64,000 nucleotides of DNA from Selaginella moellendorffii (taxonomy: Eukaryota; Plantae; Lycopodiophyta). Under the pieces are notes generated by a model that saw only the letters and a program-made list of their open reading frames with translations, searched no databases and was not told the DNA's origin. The stretch lies in assembly GCF_000143415.4 (NCBI RefSeq), contig NW_003314287.1:1509514-1573513 (forward strand), given 5' to 3'. Made by a program: the position numbers and the translations under genes. Shown in pieces: positions 11,957 to 24,238 of this stretch (positions within the stretch are counted from its first letter, which is position 1; every line of letters begins with the position of its first letter).

Positions 11957-12898
11957 TCACTGGTCCGGGAAGAAGCCCAGTATCCACTCGTGATCGAAAA
12001 ACTGCTCCAGCGTGAAGCGCTCCTCGGGCGACTTTGCGATCATGCACCGGATCAAGTCCGCCGCCAGGGGTGGTATGCAGTCCCACCTGAGCTCCCTCTG
12101 GATCTCATCGTCGCTCCTCGCAAACACCTCCATCATCCGCCGGTAGCTCAAGTTGTAGAACGGAGTCATCCCGGTGAGGCAAGTGTAGAGAACCATCCCG
12201 AGCCCGAAGACATCACTGGCGGTGGAGTATGATCCAGCGATGACAGACTCGGGAGCCATGAATCCGGGGGTCCCGATTCCATCGCTGCTCCACGGCCAGC
12301 ACGATCCAAAGTCGCCAAGTTTGATCTCGTACTTGGTGGCGGCGGCGGCGGCCGCGTCCGGAGTTGATGATCCAGCGCTCGCGGGCTTGATGAGAACGTT
12401 TCCCGGTTTGATATCGCAGTGGATCATCCCGCGGTCGTGGACTTGATCCAGCGCGACGGCGACGTTGTAGACGACGGTGGCGGCCTCCTTCTCGCCCAGC
12501 CGCGTCTTGAGCTTGATCATGTCGGTGAGGCTGCAAGAGCACAGCTCCAGGACCAAGTGGCAGACCTCGTCGTCCATCTCGCCCACTACCATCTCGAAAA
12601 TCTCCTCCTCGAGCTTGATCACGCCGGCGATGGCGCTCGCCATGGTTAAGGCCCGCGCTTCTTCCCTCCCGCGGCCATGGGCGATGGTCTTGACCGCGAA
12701 GGCCGCTCCATCGGATCTTCGCAGGGCTTGGAAGACGCCCTGGGATCCATCACCGATGCGCGACTGGAGGGTGTATCTTTCGACCAGGCGCGGGTATTTG
12801 TGCCAGAGCTCGTCGTCTAGCTGCGAATTTCGGGGCCAGTGATCGATGATCTTCTTGCTCGCTCGCTCCAGATCCTTGTCACAAGCTCGCTTCGTCAT
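11957..12898 (-). CDS. Intronless Ser/Thr protein kinase (divergent, CAMK-like fold)
   Basis: 313-aa ORF with IGDGSQG, AVK, HCDIKPGN, DFG, GTPGFMAPE, SDVFGLG and closing HEW. Confidence 0.88.
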   Translation of the reverse strand: MTKRACDKDLERASKKIIDHWPRNSQLDDELWHKYPRLVERYTLQSRIGDGSQGVFQALRRSDGAAFAVKTIAHGRGREEARALTMASAIAGVIKLEEEIFEMVVGEMDDEVCHLVLELCSCSLTDMIKLKTRLGEKEAATVVYNVAVALDQVHDRGMIHCDIKPGNVLIKPASAGSSTPDAAAAAATKYEIKLGDFGSCWPWSSDGIGTPGFMAPESVIAGSYSTASDVFGLGMVLYTCLTGMTPFYNLSYRRMMEVFARSDDEIQRELRWDCIPPLAADLIRCMIAKSPEERFTLEQFFDHEWILGFFPDQ

Positions 12899-13360
12899 GA
12901 AATTAGGGTTAGGCTATATCCTTGAAGGCCAAAAGATTTTTTAACAAAGGAAAGTTAGTATGGATTAGGGTTAGGGGTAGAGGTAAAAGGTGAAGATATT
13001 TTCTTATTATGAATTATCAAACGTGTTTCATGTTTCCCACTGAGAAGGGCATATGCTCCCACGAGATTCTCCGTCGCGACACTGCCACGTCCGTCACTCA
13101 AACGGAGCACATGTCATTTGGCCTCGTGGATTTCAAGGCGAGGCGAGCGAGTGCGTGCGAGTGCGTTTATATTCTTTCGTGTCCACCATTTCACCGCATC
13201 CAGCCATCCATCCCCACCCCATTTAGGTCTTTCTTCCATCGCTTTCTTGGGTCGATCTATTGGCAGGCGGCCGCTCTCACAGCCGCATCGATCGACCGGC
13301 GCCTGGAATTTTACTTTTGGGGCTTTCTCTGAGGTAAGATCTTTTTCTTGTTCTCTTTCG

Positions 13361-13384
13361 CTCTCTCTCTCTCTCTCTCTCTCT
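13361..13384. repeat. (CT)12 microsatellite in probable 5'UTR intron of JAZ
   Basis: Direct reading; lies between GTAAG donor (about 13334) and AG acceptor (13440). Confidence 0.85.
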
Positions 13385-13452
13385 GTCGTTCTCTCTCGGG
13401 GCTTTGGCTTTTGGAACTTTTGCTTAATGCTGCTTGCTAGGGAAATGTGAAG

Positions 13453-14432
13453 ATGGTCCTCGAGGCAAGGGAGTTGCAATTCAGGAAATTGCTAACGGGG
13501 GATGATGGTTTCAACGATTCGGCCACTCTCTCGCTTCTTCCGCCCAGCCAAGTGAGTTCTTCTCAGCTGGAAGTTCCTCCGGAGAGACCTTTGACTCATG
13601 CTGCTCCACTTGTAAATGGCGCAAGGTAGAGAAGTTCTTTTTTTCTTTCTTTGTTTCTTTTCCTTTCATGGATGATGGATTAGAGCTCATATTTGTTTGA
13701 CTTTGTAGGCCGAAGCACCAGCTTACGATCTTCTACGCGGGTTGTGTCAACGTTTATGACGATATCCCTGAAGATAAGGTGTGTTCCACTTGTGAAACTT
13801 CTCTCGTGTCTTACACGAGTTTTTCTTCAGGCTCATGCGATCATGCTCCTGGCTGGGAATTCAGCCACTGGAAACGCGAGTCAGATTCTGGGATCCTTGG
13901 CATCCTTGCAAGCCCCGGCTGCAAACCATGCCGGCTTTCCCGAGCCGGCTCACAAAGTTCGTAAGTTACAGCAGGGATTGGCAGCTCCATCGCAGGCCGG
14001 CTTGCTTCTAAGCCTCAACTTTGGCGGCCGCGCAAGTGGAGGAAACTTTAACCCCGGCATTCCCAAGATCTCGTGTCCTCCAGTTCCAGCTCAAGGTACA
14101 CACAGCTTTTCTTTTTCCTTGTTCATGTTCTAAATTGTTTCTATCTTTTACTTTGTCGCAGTGCTTCCACAAGCGAGGAAGGCTTCTCTAACTCGGTTCC
14201 TCCAGAGGCGCAAAGAGAGGTAAGAACGTAGAGCAGTGATTTGCTTTTTGCGAGCATTTGCTTATGCGTGAAGGGAGAAATTCTTTGCAGAGTTCTCCAG
14301 CAGTCTATGGAGTCCGTCAAGGATGACAAAACCAGCAGCGAGTTTTCCGTGAAGAATCAGGACTGCGCGTCCGCTCAGGAAGAAAATTCCGCCCTCAAGA
14401 AAGAAAACTCGGTGGGATCTATCGAAGCTTGA
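13453..14432 (+). CDS. TIFY/JAZ jasmonate ZIM-domain protein, 5 coding exons
   Basis: Exons 13453-13625, 13709-13778 (QLTIFYAGCVNVYDDIPEDK), 13831-14095 (AHAIMLLAG), 14162-14219 (LPQARKASLTRFLQRRKER, Jas motif), 14291-14432. Confidence 0.92.
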
Positions 14433-15161
14433 GCCTCTAAACTTTATACTACGTATATACTTTTTCTAACTCCCAACTGAATTTCTGTAAAAAAAAGGCT
14501 TAAAGAGAAAAAGTTGAAAAAAATGAAGAAAAGGTAGGAAAAAAAACTTAAAAAGAAATAGATTTAGGTGACTTGTGTATCGTCAATTTTTTTGGTTTCC
14601 GACTTAGAAATCATGGAAACTTCAAAGTTATTGTTTGATCGATTGCAGGCCATGGTATTTGAACTTACCTTGCAAGACATGGTTTGGTTTGTATTGTTCG
14701 TTTGTTTGCCTTTGATTGGAAGATACATACAAGGAGAAAGAACAAACCAGTGGGCAGTGGGCAGCCGTACGCTCTGACTGATTGGCCGCCTGGCCCAGGA
14801 ATGGCTGAGCCATGGGCGTACGGTCGCGAAAGCCGATCACTTTGGCTTTGGAATTTTAGTGTTTTTATCCAGTCTGGCGATGGTGGCTTTGCTGCCTGCC
14901 AGGGGCCTGCGCCAAAGATTTGTGCGCGCAGCGATTTCAATGCGCGATTTCTTCCTCCAGTGATCGATGCTCGCTCCTCTGACCGGCGGCGCCGCGAAGA
15001 ACAGGCTCTCTGGCGCGGTCGTGCGACGGGAACAGGGGATTCGGGGATTCGTGGTCGCGATTTTGGTAGGGTTTGTGTTCTGTGCATGCGGTGGTTCCCA
15101 CGAGCGAAATTTCGGAGATTTGGCTCCGGATTGCTCGGATTTGTAGCCTAGCTCGCGAGCG

Positions 15162-17881
15162 ATGGAGGCGCCGCATCTTTCAGCTCATCACAGCAATCGG
15201 CATGAAGGGAAGCGGGACTGGTTTGGATTGTTCTCGAGCTTCCGGCACGTCTCCAAGGTAAATCTTGCTGCTAGCCTTGCATTGCAATGCGAGACTATTC
15301 TTCTTTATTTTCGCTGTAGCATCATGAGGACTCTCTCAGCCTCTCCAGCACTCCTTCCCCTGATGGAGGCCTACAACGCCTTGGAAATCGTGGCGGAGAC
15401 GAGAAGCTCGAAGACATCGTGGAGAATAGGAATTGGACGGCGATCCAGCCGTCTGGATTCCGGCCTCAAGCTCGCCGTAACGTAAGTTTGAGCTACATTT
15501 TGGCGAGAGAAATCACTCACAGTGGTTGCTTGTTCTTTAGCACGCAACGACAGTGATAGGAAGGAAGATGATCGTTGTTGGTGGTGAAACGGATAATAGA
15601 AAGCTCAACGATGTACACGTAAGTTGGAAACACACTTTCGGATGATGATAAATATTTCCTTGCTGGCTGTGTTTTAGATGCTGCACCTGGGAAAATTGAC
15701 ATGGTCCGAGCTTGGATCATCTGTAATAACAAAACCTTCGCAACAGCTTCCACCGTGTAGCGGCCACAGCCTGGTACAAACACTTGAGATATTCTTCCTT
15801 GATCTATCATTTATCTTACAGATTGCGTGGGGGAAAACTGTTCTCTTGGTTGGAGGAGATATGGACCTTCACACTGACAAAGTCACAGGTTCGATAGCTA
15901 CGTTCTCGAAGAATTCGACGACCTTTCCCTTGTTACAGTTTGGTCGTTTGACCTCGAGACAGAACACTGGACTAAAGTCCATGCGAAAGGCGACGTTCCC
16001 GTAAGTTAAGTGAGCTGTCTCACACAGCACTGACGAAAAAAACTGTGCAGGCAACACGGAGTGGTCAAACTGTAAGTCGTGCCGGCTCTATTTTGGTCAT
16101 GTTTGGAGGCCAAGATGCAAGAGGCCGCATGCTAAATGATCTTCACGTTTTGGATCTCAAGTCACTCATATGGCTTCCCTTGCTTACAAGGTAGGCTACA
16201 TGTTTTACGCATTTGCCGCTACCACTTTTTTGCTGTTTTTCTCAGTGGCAAAGGACCATCACCACGGGCCCGACATGTTGCTGGCATGTATGATGATCGT
16301 TACCTTCTTGTGTTTGGCGGTTCGACGAAGACAAAAGTCTCAAATGATCTCTATGCACTTGACTTTGAAACTGTACGTATGTCATACGGCATGCCCATCC
16401 TCTGATATCCGTTTTGCAGATGGTGTGGTCTCGCCTAAAGCCAGGAGGATGTAGTCCATCTCCTAGGACGGGCAGCTCTGGCGTCCTTGTGAATAACAAA
16501 TGGTACATTACGGGCGGAGCTCAGCGTGGAACCAGTACGGTTTTTTGAGCGGCTTTTCATCCGGTCTAATATTATGTCTCAGGAGTTGCTGAAACTATAG
16601 CACTTGATATTCCCAAAATGTCATGGATGAACGCTATGAGGAGTTCGCTGGATTCTGTTGCCAGTAATCAGGTACAGGGTTTTGTATTTGTCTCTGTAGT
16701 AAAGTTCTTTTTGTTTTCCTGCATGCACAGGGACTGAGCCTTGTTGTAGTTCAAAAAAAAGACAGGACTTTTCTTGTTACCTTTGGCGGAAGCGGTGCAA
16801 AATCTAGGAGCAACGAGGTTCGTGCTTATTATAATCACCTTCCGTCCTCTGGTGACATTAGAAATCGTAGGTGCAAGTGCTGTACATTGCATCAGCGGAG
16901 CAAAGGGAAGACAATGACATTTTTCATGGCAGCAACGGACGTACGTCACCGAGAGACCCGCTTGTACCTTCTGCAGCTCACAATGCTGTGAGCCCCACGA
17001 ATCAGCGCCCGACCGTCCTCTCTCGGCTTCTAGACTCTCCCTCCCCGGAAGCTGTTCCTGGTCTTGTTCCGCTGCGCCAGATACACTCTCAGGCTCATCA
17101 AAGTTACAAGGCAGGCGAGAAGGTTCTTAACGACAACGTAAGCACCGAAAAGATGGTCTTCATGTTCTTCAGTAATACCGATGCAGGCTTTTGTGTCAGG
17201 TTTCGTATGGCGAAGAAGAACCCGAGTCGCCGGATGCACACGACACCGTGACTAAGGAACCTCAGTCGCCACGCCCCTTGGAGCAGCACGAGACTTCCGT
17301 GGACGCCGACGTGAAGTGCGATTCCGATTCTCAGTCGGACGAGATCGAAGATGTTGGCTCGGAAGAGATACTCAAAGAAAAGCTTGCATTGGCGGTGAAG
17401 AAGAATCTCCTGACCGAGGCAGAGCTCGAAGCAGTGCAGCAAGAAAAGGACGAGCTGGAGAAGAAGCTGAACCTTGCAACCAGGAGCCAGCAATCCGCCG
17501 AAGCAAAGCTCGGCCTGGTAACGAGGGAGGTGGAAGGGCTGAGAAGAAAGCTCGAGGCGTCGGAGCTCGTCCAAGAAGAGTCCAACAGCCTTTCCAACAT
17601 CGTCCACTCTGAGAATTTAAGGCTGGAACACGACCTCTCGTTTCTAAAGGCGGTGCTCGAGGAGACTCAAAAGGTAACTTTCATTGCGGCATAGCTGAGC
17701 TTTCTCTTTATGATCACGTTGTAGGAGTTACATTCCACTCGAGGAGTCCTGGCCAGCGAGCGCACAAGAGCCTTTCAACTACAGGTTCGTTCGTTTTCTC
17801 ACATTTTTGTTGTCACTCATTCATACGGGGACTGCCTGTCAGGTTGAATTGTTCGAGTTGAAACAGACGCTACAATCATGA
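15162..17881 (+). CDS. Kelch-repeat protein with C-terminal coiled coil (ACBP4/5-like, no ACB domain seen), many exons
   Basis: Kelch blades (HATTVIGRKMIVVGG, SILVMFGGQD...LNDLHVLDL, YLLVFGG...SNDLYALDF, WYITGG); C-terminus NSLSNIVHSENLRLEHDLSFLKAVLEETQK|ELHSTRGVLASERTRAFQLQ|VELFELKQTLQS*. Confidence 0.88.
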
Positions 17882-17975
17882 GCGCGACTAAACCAATTTG
17901 TACATATGGTTTTTTTGACGTATGGAAGGTTCTCTTCGGCATTTATAGACAAGTACTACGGTTGTTGTTTACAGT

Positions 17976-19385
17976 TCACGCTCTCAACTTCCTAGAGAAG
18001 ACGACGTACATTGGATCCGTTCTTCCGGGATTTGGCGAGATATCCAAGGCCTGAAAGAAAGCTCTGGCAACATTGACGAGAAGAAAGGCAGGCTTGGTTT
18101 TTCACGTACCTCGGCTGGTTCGTATCCTCCAGCGTAATGGAAGTAAGCACCAACAATCCAGACGTGATCCACGTCCCCAGTTGCCGTCCACACGGAGACT
18201 GCCTTCGTCCAGAAGCATCGATTCGAGAAACTAGAGGCAGCGGCGAGATTTATCTTATCCGAAAGCAGGCGAAGCACGTACCTCAAGCAGGCTAAACCTC
18301 CGGGCTTAAGTACGCGATTCATCTCCTTGAAGACATCAATGGGCTTGCTCAAGTAGTCCACACTGACCTGTGAAGGAAAAGAGAGATGGAATAAAGCGAG
18401 GAGCCAGGCACACGGAGAAAAGAACGAAGGAAAAGCAACCTGGAAAAGAGGCCAAGCAGCCTTACCGTGTTTGTAATCACGTCGAAGGAATTGTCCTCAT
18501 AAGGCAGGCGAGGATTCTGGTTTAGATCTTGCACCAAGTACTCTGTTAGCACCTGCGAAAGAAAAGAGAATATATATATATATATAAGCTCTCGAGAAAC
18601 GAGGTGAAAGATTTTTCTATTCTAAAGGAGCTGGAAAGGAGCGAACGGAAGAACGAACAAAAAAATAAAGCCTGGACCTTACTGGGTTCCGTTTGAGCTC
18701 TTCCTCGTTTAGTCCTTGTCCGGCGATGCGTTGCTGTGCGTAGTTCTTGGGATAGTGGCTAACCTGTGAGTCAGATCGTCATGGCCTAGCGAAACAAAAA
18801 GAAAGGAAAAAAAAAATTCGAAAGAAAAATCTCGCGTACCCAGCTGCTACACATGTCTAGTAACGCCACGCCGGGAGTGTTGCTTGGTGGGAACACTGTT
18901 GCGTAGTATTTAGTGAGCGCCTGGATCGCAGCGTCGTCAATGTGAGTGACGAATCTGGGCGTGGAGTAGAAGAGCGTGTCTGGTGATCTTGAGAAACAAA
19001 GAACGTCTTCCATGTTAGCGAGAGCATTAGCTATCAATGTGGAGCTTACTCGTCATAACGCTGGAAATCTTCCTTCTTGAAGGGGAATTCCTCCGGCCAC
19101 CCCACGTTTCTTAGAATCTGGAGAGAAGGGGGAGAAATCCTGTGGAGATCGATCGAAATATCCGGGAATTCTTACCTCCTCTGCCTCGGATCTCTTCTTG
19201 GACCTGGCGGCAAACGCTGGATCCCCGCCCTGCGGCTCCATGATTCCAGCCGCCGCCGCTGCGGCGCCGAGCAGCGCCCGGCGCAGGAATCTCGGCGCTA
19301 GAGACGCGCTAGCTCGAGAGGATGGCGTCGGCGACCTAGAACAAACGCTGCGCCACCGGTAGCTCGCAGTCACAGCTGCCGCCAT
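17976..19385 (-). CDS. SAM-dependent methyltransferase type 11, probable plastid transit peptide (At4g29590-like)
   Basis: WPEEFPFKKEDFQRYDE|SPDTLFYSTPRFVTHIDD...LLDMCSSW|VSHYP...GLNEEELKRNP...DLNQNPRLP...SFSNRCFWTKA...DPMYVVFSRKLRA*. Confidence 0.9.
18571..18586. repeat. (TA)8 intronic microsatellite
   Basis: Direct reading. Confidence 0.8.
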
Positions 19386-21291
19386 AGCTCCCTGACCTGA
19401 TACGTGGCAGGGATTATTCGATGCCGGGAATATGCTTCCGGTTTGAAAAATCAAGGCCAACAGTTTGATTTTTTAACTGTCATGCCCCGTTAGATATTGT
19501 ACTCATTTCGAGAATAGAAGGTCAAGTTCTAAATTTTCTGGTGAGCTGTGCCGACCAATGACAACGTGCTTGATCATAAATTGAGTCATTTTCATAGTAT
19601 TAGTAATATGTTTTAAGAGCACCAAATGCCTGGTGGTGAGTGTGAAGAAAGTTTCCGCTGGAACTCGAAGGAGTGGTGGTTTTAAAATTGGCAAGCTTCT
19701 CATATTCTTCTCGTTCTGTGATCGCCTCATCTTCATCTCGTCTAGTTCAATGAATGCAAAGCTTGACAAATTCAGATTGACTTTAGCATAGTTAACGTGT
19801 TCCTTGGGAAGATTTAGGAGCAAGCCAAAAAAAAGGCATGGTGGTCGTGCTGGTGGTGGTAAAGCGACCACCGCATGAAGAAACATTACAGGCCAAGGGA
19901 ATTGCATTTGTCAAAGAGGGCGCAACTTAGGGCCCCCCAAACTCAAACAAAAAGGGTGGCTTTGTCAAAGGAGATTGAATTGAAACGCTTTTGTTTTTGC
20001 AAAGAAGGAGAAGTAGCTGTTCTTCTGCTGTGCTCCCCAAAAAAGGCATTGAATGGAGACAATGACATATATAATGGCTAGAATTACAAAATCTGCTGCA
20101 CTCACTTGCCAATGCCACCCACCCCAAGCCAACCAGAAGAGAGGAAAAACCAACACATTGGGGCCAGCCCCAAAAAGAGAGAAGCCCTAGAAACCTGCAG
20201 CAACAAAAGGCCATCCTCCCATAAAGATCATTCAACTCCCCTTTGCAACAAACTCTGTACTCTTGTGTGCTCCTTTCTTGTGTGTGCTGTAGGGTGGCAT
20301 GGGTGCAACATGTAAGGTGGACATGCATTACAGAATCTTGTTCCCCACTGTTGATCAAGGATTAAGGCGAGTGTAACAAAATTCCATGGAATCTATGACG
20401 AGCTCGTGAGGTGTGTGTATACACGCACATGATACGCTAGAATGAAGGGTATATTTGTACACGACATAGTTGCTTCCAGGGAGGATGTCAATCTTCGTGG
20501 AGCCCGCGAGAGCACAAAAAGTAGGAAAGAAAAAAGTGAGGAAAGAGAAAAGGTGGCGAGGTTTCACCGGGCCAAATCGCCAAAAGCTGGGAAGGCGAGA
20601 ATAAAAAAAACAAGATTACCTCTCCATAATTCCCGCTAGTTCAAACACGTACGGAGAGCCCGGCCTGCCGTACACCTGGCCACCCAGTTTAACTCTTCAC
20701 GGCTATGGCGGCTCTCTTTGTTCCGGGGGGTGTGTGTGATATTTTGGCGAGCGCAGCGCTTGGAGAGCGCGCCCTGGCTCCTGGAGCCCATGCCGCGCGC
20801 TAGGGTTTGATGGCGAATGGGTGGCGATCGGCGGTGGCAGGAGTGGCAGCAGCGGCGCGGCATCGTCTAGGTTTGCGAGCTGCCAGATTTTGGCACATTG
20901 CAGGGAGCTGGGGCTGGGAATCGCGGCGCGCGGTCGCGAATCGCGAGCGCTAGAGCGGGGATCGAGCGAGGTCAAACAATGGAGGAGCATTCTTGGTTTT
21001 ACTTGTCGGGGTAGGATTCCAATGCGGCACGGGTCAACGCATCGCAAGCGGATTTTGGGGGCGATCCGGGGCCCGGATCGGGGATAGGACCGGGAGTTCC
21101 GTGTGCCGTGCTCGCGGGGTGATGAAATCCCCCGGGAGTCGGCGATCGATCGAGGCAGCGGCAGCGGCAGAGTGGTGTAGCTCTTCTTCCTAGTTGATAG
21201 CGCGACTCACGAGGCAATGGGATCACAGATCTAGCAGTGACAGGTGCCCGGACGGGGAATGTGCGCAATTCTGGGGAGATAGGGGGCTATC

Positions 21292-24238
21292 ATGTCACTG
21301 GGGCTGGCATGGGCGATTCTCGCGCTTCTCGGCGTCGTCACGATCCTACCGGCGGAGTCGCAGACGCTGCTGGCATCCGAGGCCTACGCGATGCGGCACC
21401 TCAGGTACTCGCTGAGAATTCGGGACTTCTACTGGCCCAAGACGCGGGATCCATGCCTGGATTGGAGAGGAGTTCTTTGCGAGAATGGACGGGTGGTGAG
21501 CATCTATCTCTCCGGGTTGAAGAGGACGCTGGTGGGGATGGCGCGGCCGACGCTGGCGCTGGACAATCTCCAGGGACTTCCCGCGCTGCGGCTGCTCAAT
21601 GCCACGGGATTCGTGATGCTGGGGACGCTCCCGGATTGGATTGGCCAGCTCTCGGCATTGCAAGTGTTGGATTTCTCGGCGTGCTCGATCAATGGGTCGG
21701 TTCCAGGGGGAATTGGTCAGCTGGGCAGCTTGCGGAGGCTGTCGCTCGCAAGGAACGATCTCATGGGTGGAATCCCGGCCAGCATCGGGAATCTCTCCCG
21801 CCTCGAGCTGCTCGACCTCAGTGGAAACATGCTCAGCGGGGTGCTGCCGCCGGAGCTCGGGAGGATGGCATCGTTGAGAGATCTCGACTTGAGCGGCAAC
21901 ATCTTCTCGGGTCCCATTCCAGCTTCTCTGGCAGTGAGCTCCTCGTCGAGCTTGCGGAGCGTGAGGCTGTCCGATAACAGGCTTGACGGGTCGGTCCCGG
22001 AGAATCTCACGGGGTGGTCGACGCTCCAGGAGCTAGCTCTCGGGAAGAATTTGCTCGCGGGAGAGCTGCCTGGAGCTCTGCAAGATCTTCGCAACTTAAC
22101 GCTCTTGGACCTCTCGCTCAACAATTTCACGGGGACGATACCGCCGGGGCTGGCAAGTCTTTCGAGTTTGCAGTCTCTGGACCTCTCCAACAATACGTTT
22201 TACGGGCCGCTGCCTGCGGCGGTGTCGTCTCTGCGAGGACTGCTCGTCTTGAACGTCTCGGACAACTTTCTCAACGACACAGTGCCGGCAGGGACCGTGG
22301 CCGGCGCCATACTTAGCGAGAACTGTTTCGTGAATGCGAGCGGGCAGCGTTCCTTGAGCGACTGCCAGGCGTTCTACGCTGCCAGGGGCCTGGTTTTCCA
22401 AAACGCTTCGTCTTTCAACTTGCCGACGCCAATGCCGACGAGAAGATCAAAGTCCAAGCCCCGCCACCTTGCCGTTATACTGGGGGGAACTTTTGGTGGT
22501 CTTGGGCTGGTTCTCCTGGTGGCTGCGCTGGTTCTTCTTATACGAAAGCACGAGAGGCGGCCGGCTCGAGAGCCTCCAAAGAAATCGGACGAGGCGATGG
22601 CTGGTGGCGCCGCCGCGGGTGCTGGCGCTGGTGCAGCGACGACGAGCGGGACGGGCCAACCCGTCGTGCCTCCCGCCGTTGCTGTCAAGATGTCGAGTAT
22701 CGGAGAGTCGTTCACGTTTAGTCAGCTAGTCCGGGCAACTCAGGAGTTTTCTTCGTCCAACTTCATCAAGGCCGGGCACTCGGGCGACTTGTATCGAGGT
22801 GTTCTAGACGGCGGCGTGCTCGTCGTCGTCAAGAGGATCGAGGTTGCCAAGATGAAGAAGGATTTGCTCACTTTGGAGCTCGAAGTTTTCGGCAAGGCGT
22901 CTCACACCAGGCTGGTTCCTCTCCTCGGGCACTGCCTGGAAATGGACGAGCTCAAGTTTTTGGTGTACAAGTACATGCCCAACGGTGATCTGGGACAAGC
23001 ACTACACAAAAAGGTTGTTCCAAGCCCACCCGCGGATATATTGCAGTCCCTGGACTGGATCACAAGATTGAAAATCGCGATTGGAGTGGCAGAAGGCCTG
23101 AGCTACTTGCATCACGAGTGCGTCCCTCCACTTGTACATAGGTACGTTCTTGCGGTTTAAAGGTTGCCGTTACGTAAAAGCTGATGGCGCATTTTCCTTC
23201 TTCCTTGCCATGGCAGGGATGTACAAGCGAGCAGCATTCTTCTCGATGACAAGTTTGAGGTACGGCTGGGAAGTCTGAGCGAAACGCGGGAGCAAGGAGG
23301 CGAAGCGCAGCCTGGGTTGATAACTCGGCTGCTGAGATTGTCACAGTAAGTTTTTTTTTAACGCTTTTCTTTGCATTCTTTCTTTAACTGTCGTTCTAAG
23401 TTTTCTCGTTTGTCGCTGCAGGACGACCGAGCAAGGCGATCAAGGTGAGAAAAAAATTTAATGTTTCCGAAGGTCTCCAGCTGCTCATGCTTCTTTCTTG
23501 TTTACAGCAGGCTCCGCGGTGGCATCATGTGCATACGATGTTTATTGCTTCGGGAAGGTGCTGCTGGAGCTGGTGACGGGAAAGCTCGACATCAGTGGCA
23601 CCTCGGATCCAAACGCCGACGCCTGGCTGGAGTGGGCTCTTCCACTCATCGACCGGCACAACAAAGAGGGAATAATGAAGCTGGTGGACCCGTCGCTGAT
23701 AGTGGACGAGGACCTGCTCGAGGAGGTGTGGGCGATGGCCATCGTCGCCAAGCTGTGCCTCCACGGCCGGGCGTCCAAGCGGCCGCAGATCCGCCACGTC
23801 CTCAAGGCGCTGGAGAACCCGCAGCGGGTGACGAGGGAGGAGAACTTTAGCTCGTCGCTGCGCTCCCGGACGTCGTCTCACAGCTCGTGGAATGCGTCGC
23901 TGTTTGGGAGCTGGCGGCACAGCTCGTCGGAGAACGTGATCGCGTCCGGGGTGCTGAGGGAAGAATACGTGGGTGGTGGCGGAGGTGGCGGCGGCGGTGG
24001 TGGCGGTGGTGGCGATCCCAGCAGGAAGCACTCGGGAACGTCGCACTCGCAGGGGTCGATCACAGGGGAGCAGTCGTTCCACCGGAGGCCCGGGTCGAGC
24101 GAGATCTTTCCCGAGCCGGTGGAGGACGTTCCAGTCAAGGCGTCGAGCTTGGGATCTGGGGACAACAATGGCAGTAGCAACAACAACAGTGTGAAGCTCC
24201 GGCAGTATCAACAGCAGCAGCAGCAACAGCAGGTATGA
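21292..24238 (+). CDS. LRR receptor-like kinase, At2g16250-like (atypical kinase motifs), 4 exons
   Basis: Signal peptide, DPCLDWRGVLC cap, LxxLxLSxNxLSG repeats, TM segment, IKAGHSGDLY, HRDVQASSILLDDKFEVRLGSLS, CAYDVYCFGKVLLELVTG; poly-G and poly-Q tail. Confidence 0.92.

Noticed and set aside
13344-13354. MYCS/CTTC-like TTTCTTGTTCT
   Set aside because: Single copy inside a pyrimidine-rich intron; likely chance.
19961-19981. tgtcaaaggagattg resembling miR399
   Set aside because: Only partial 5' similarity, divergent 3' half and no visible complementary arm.
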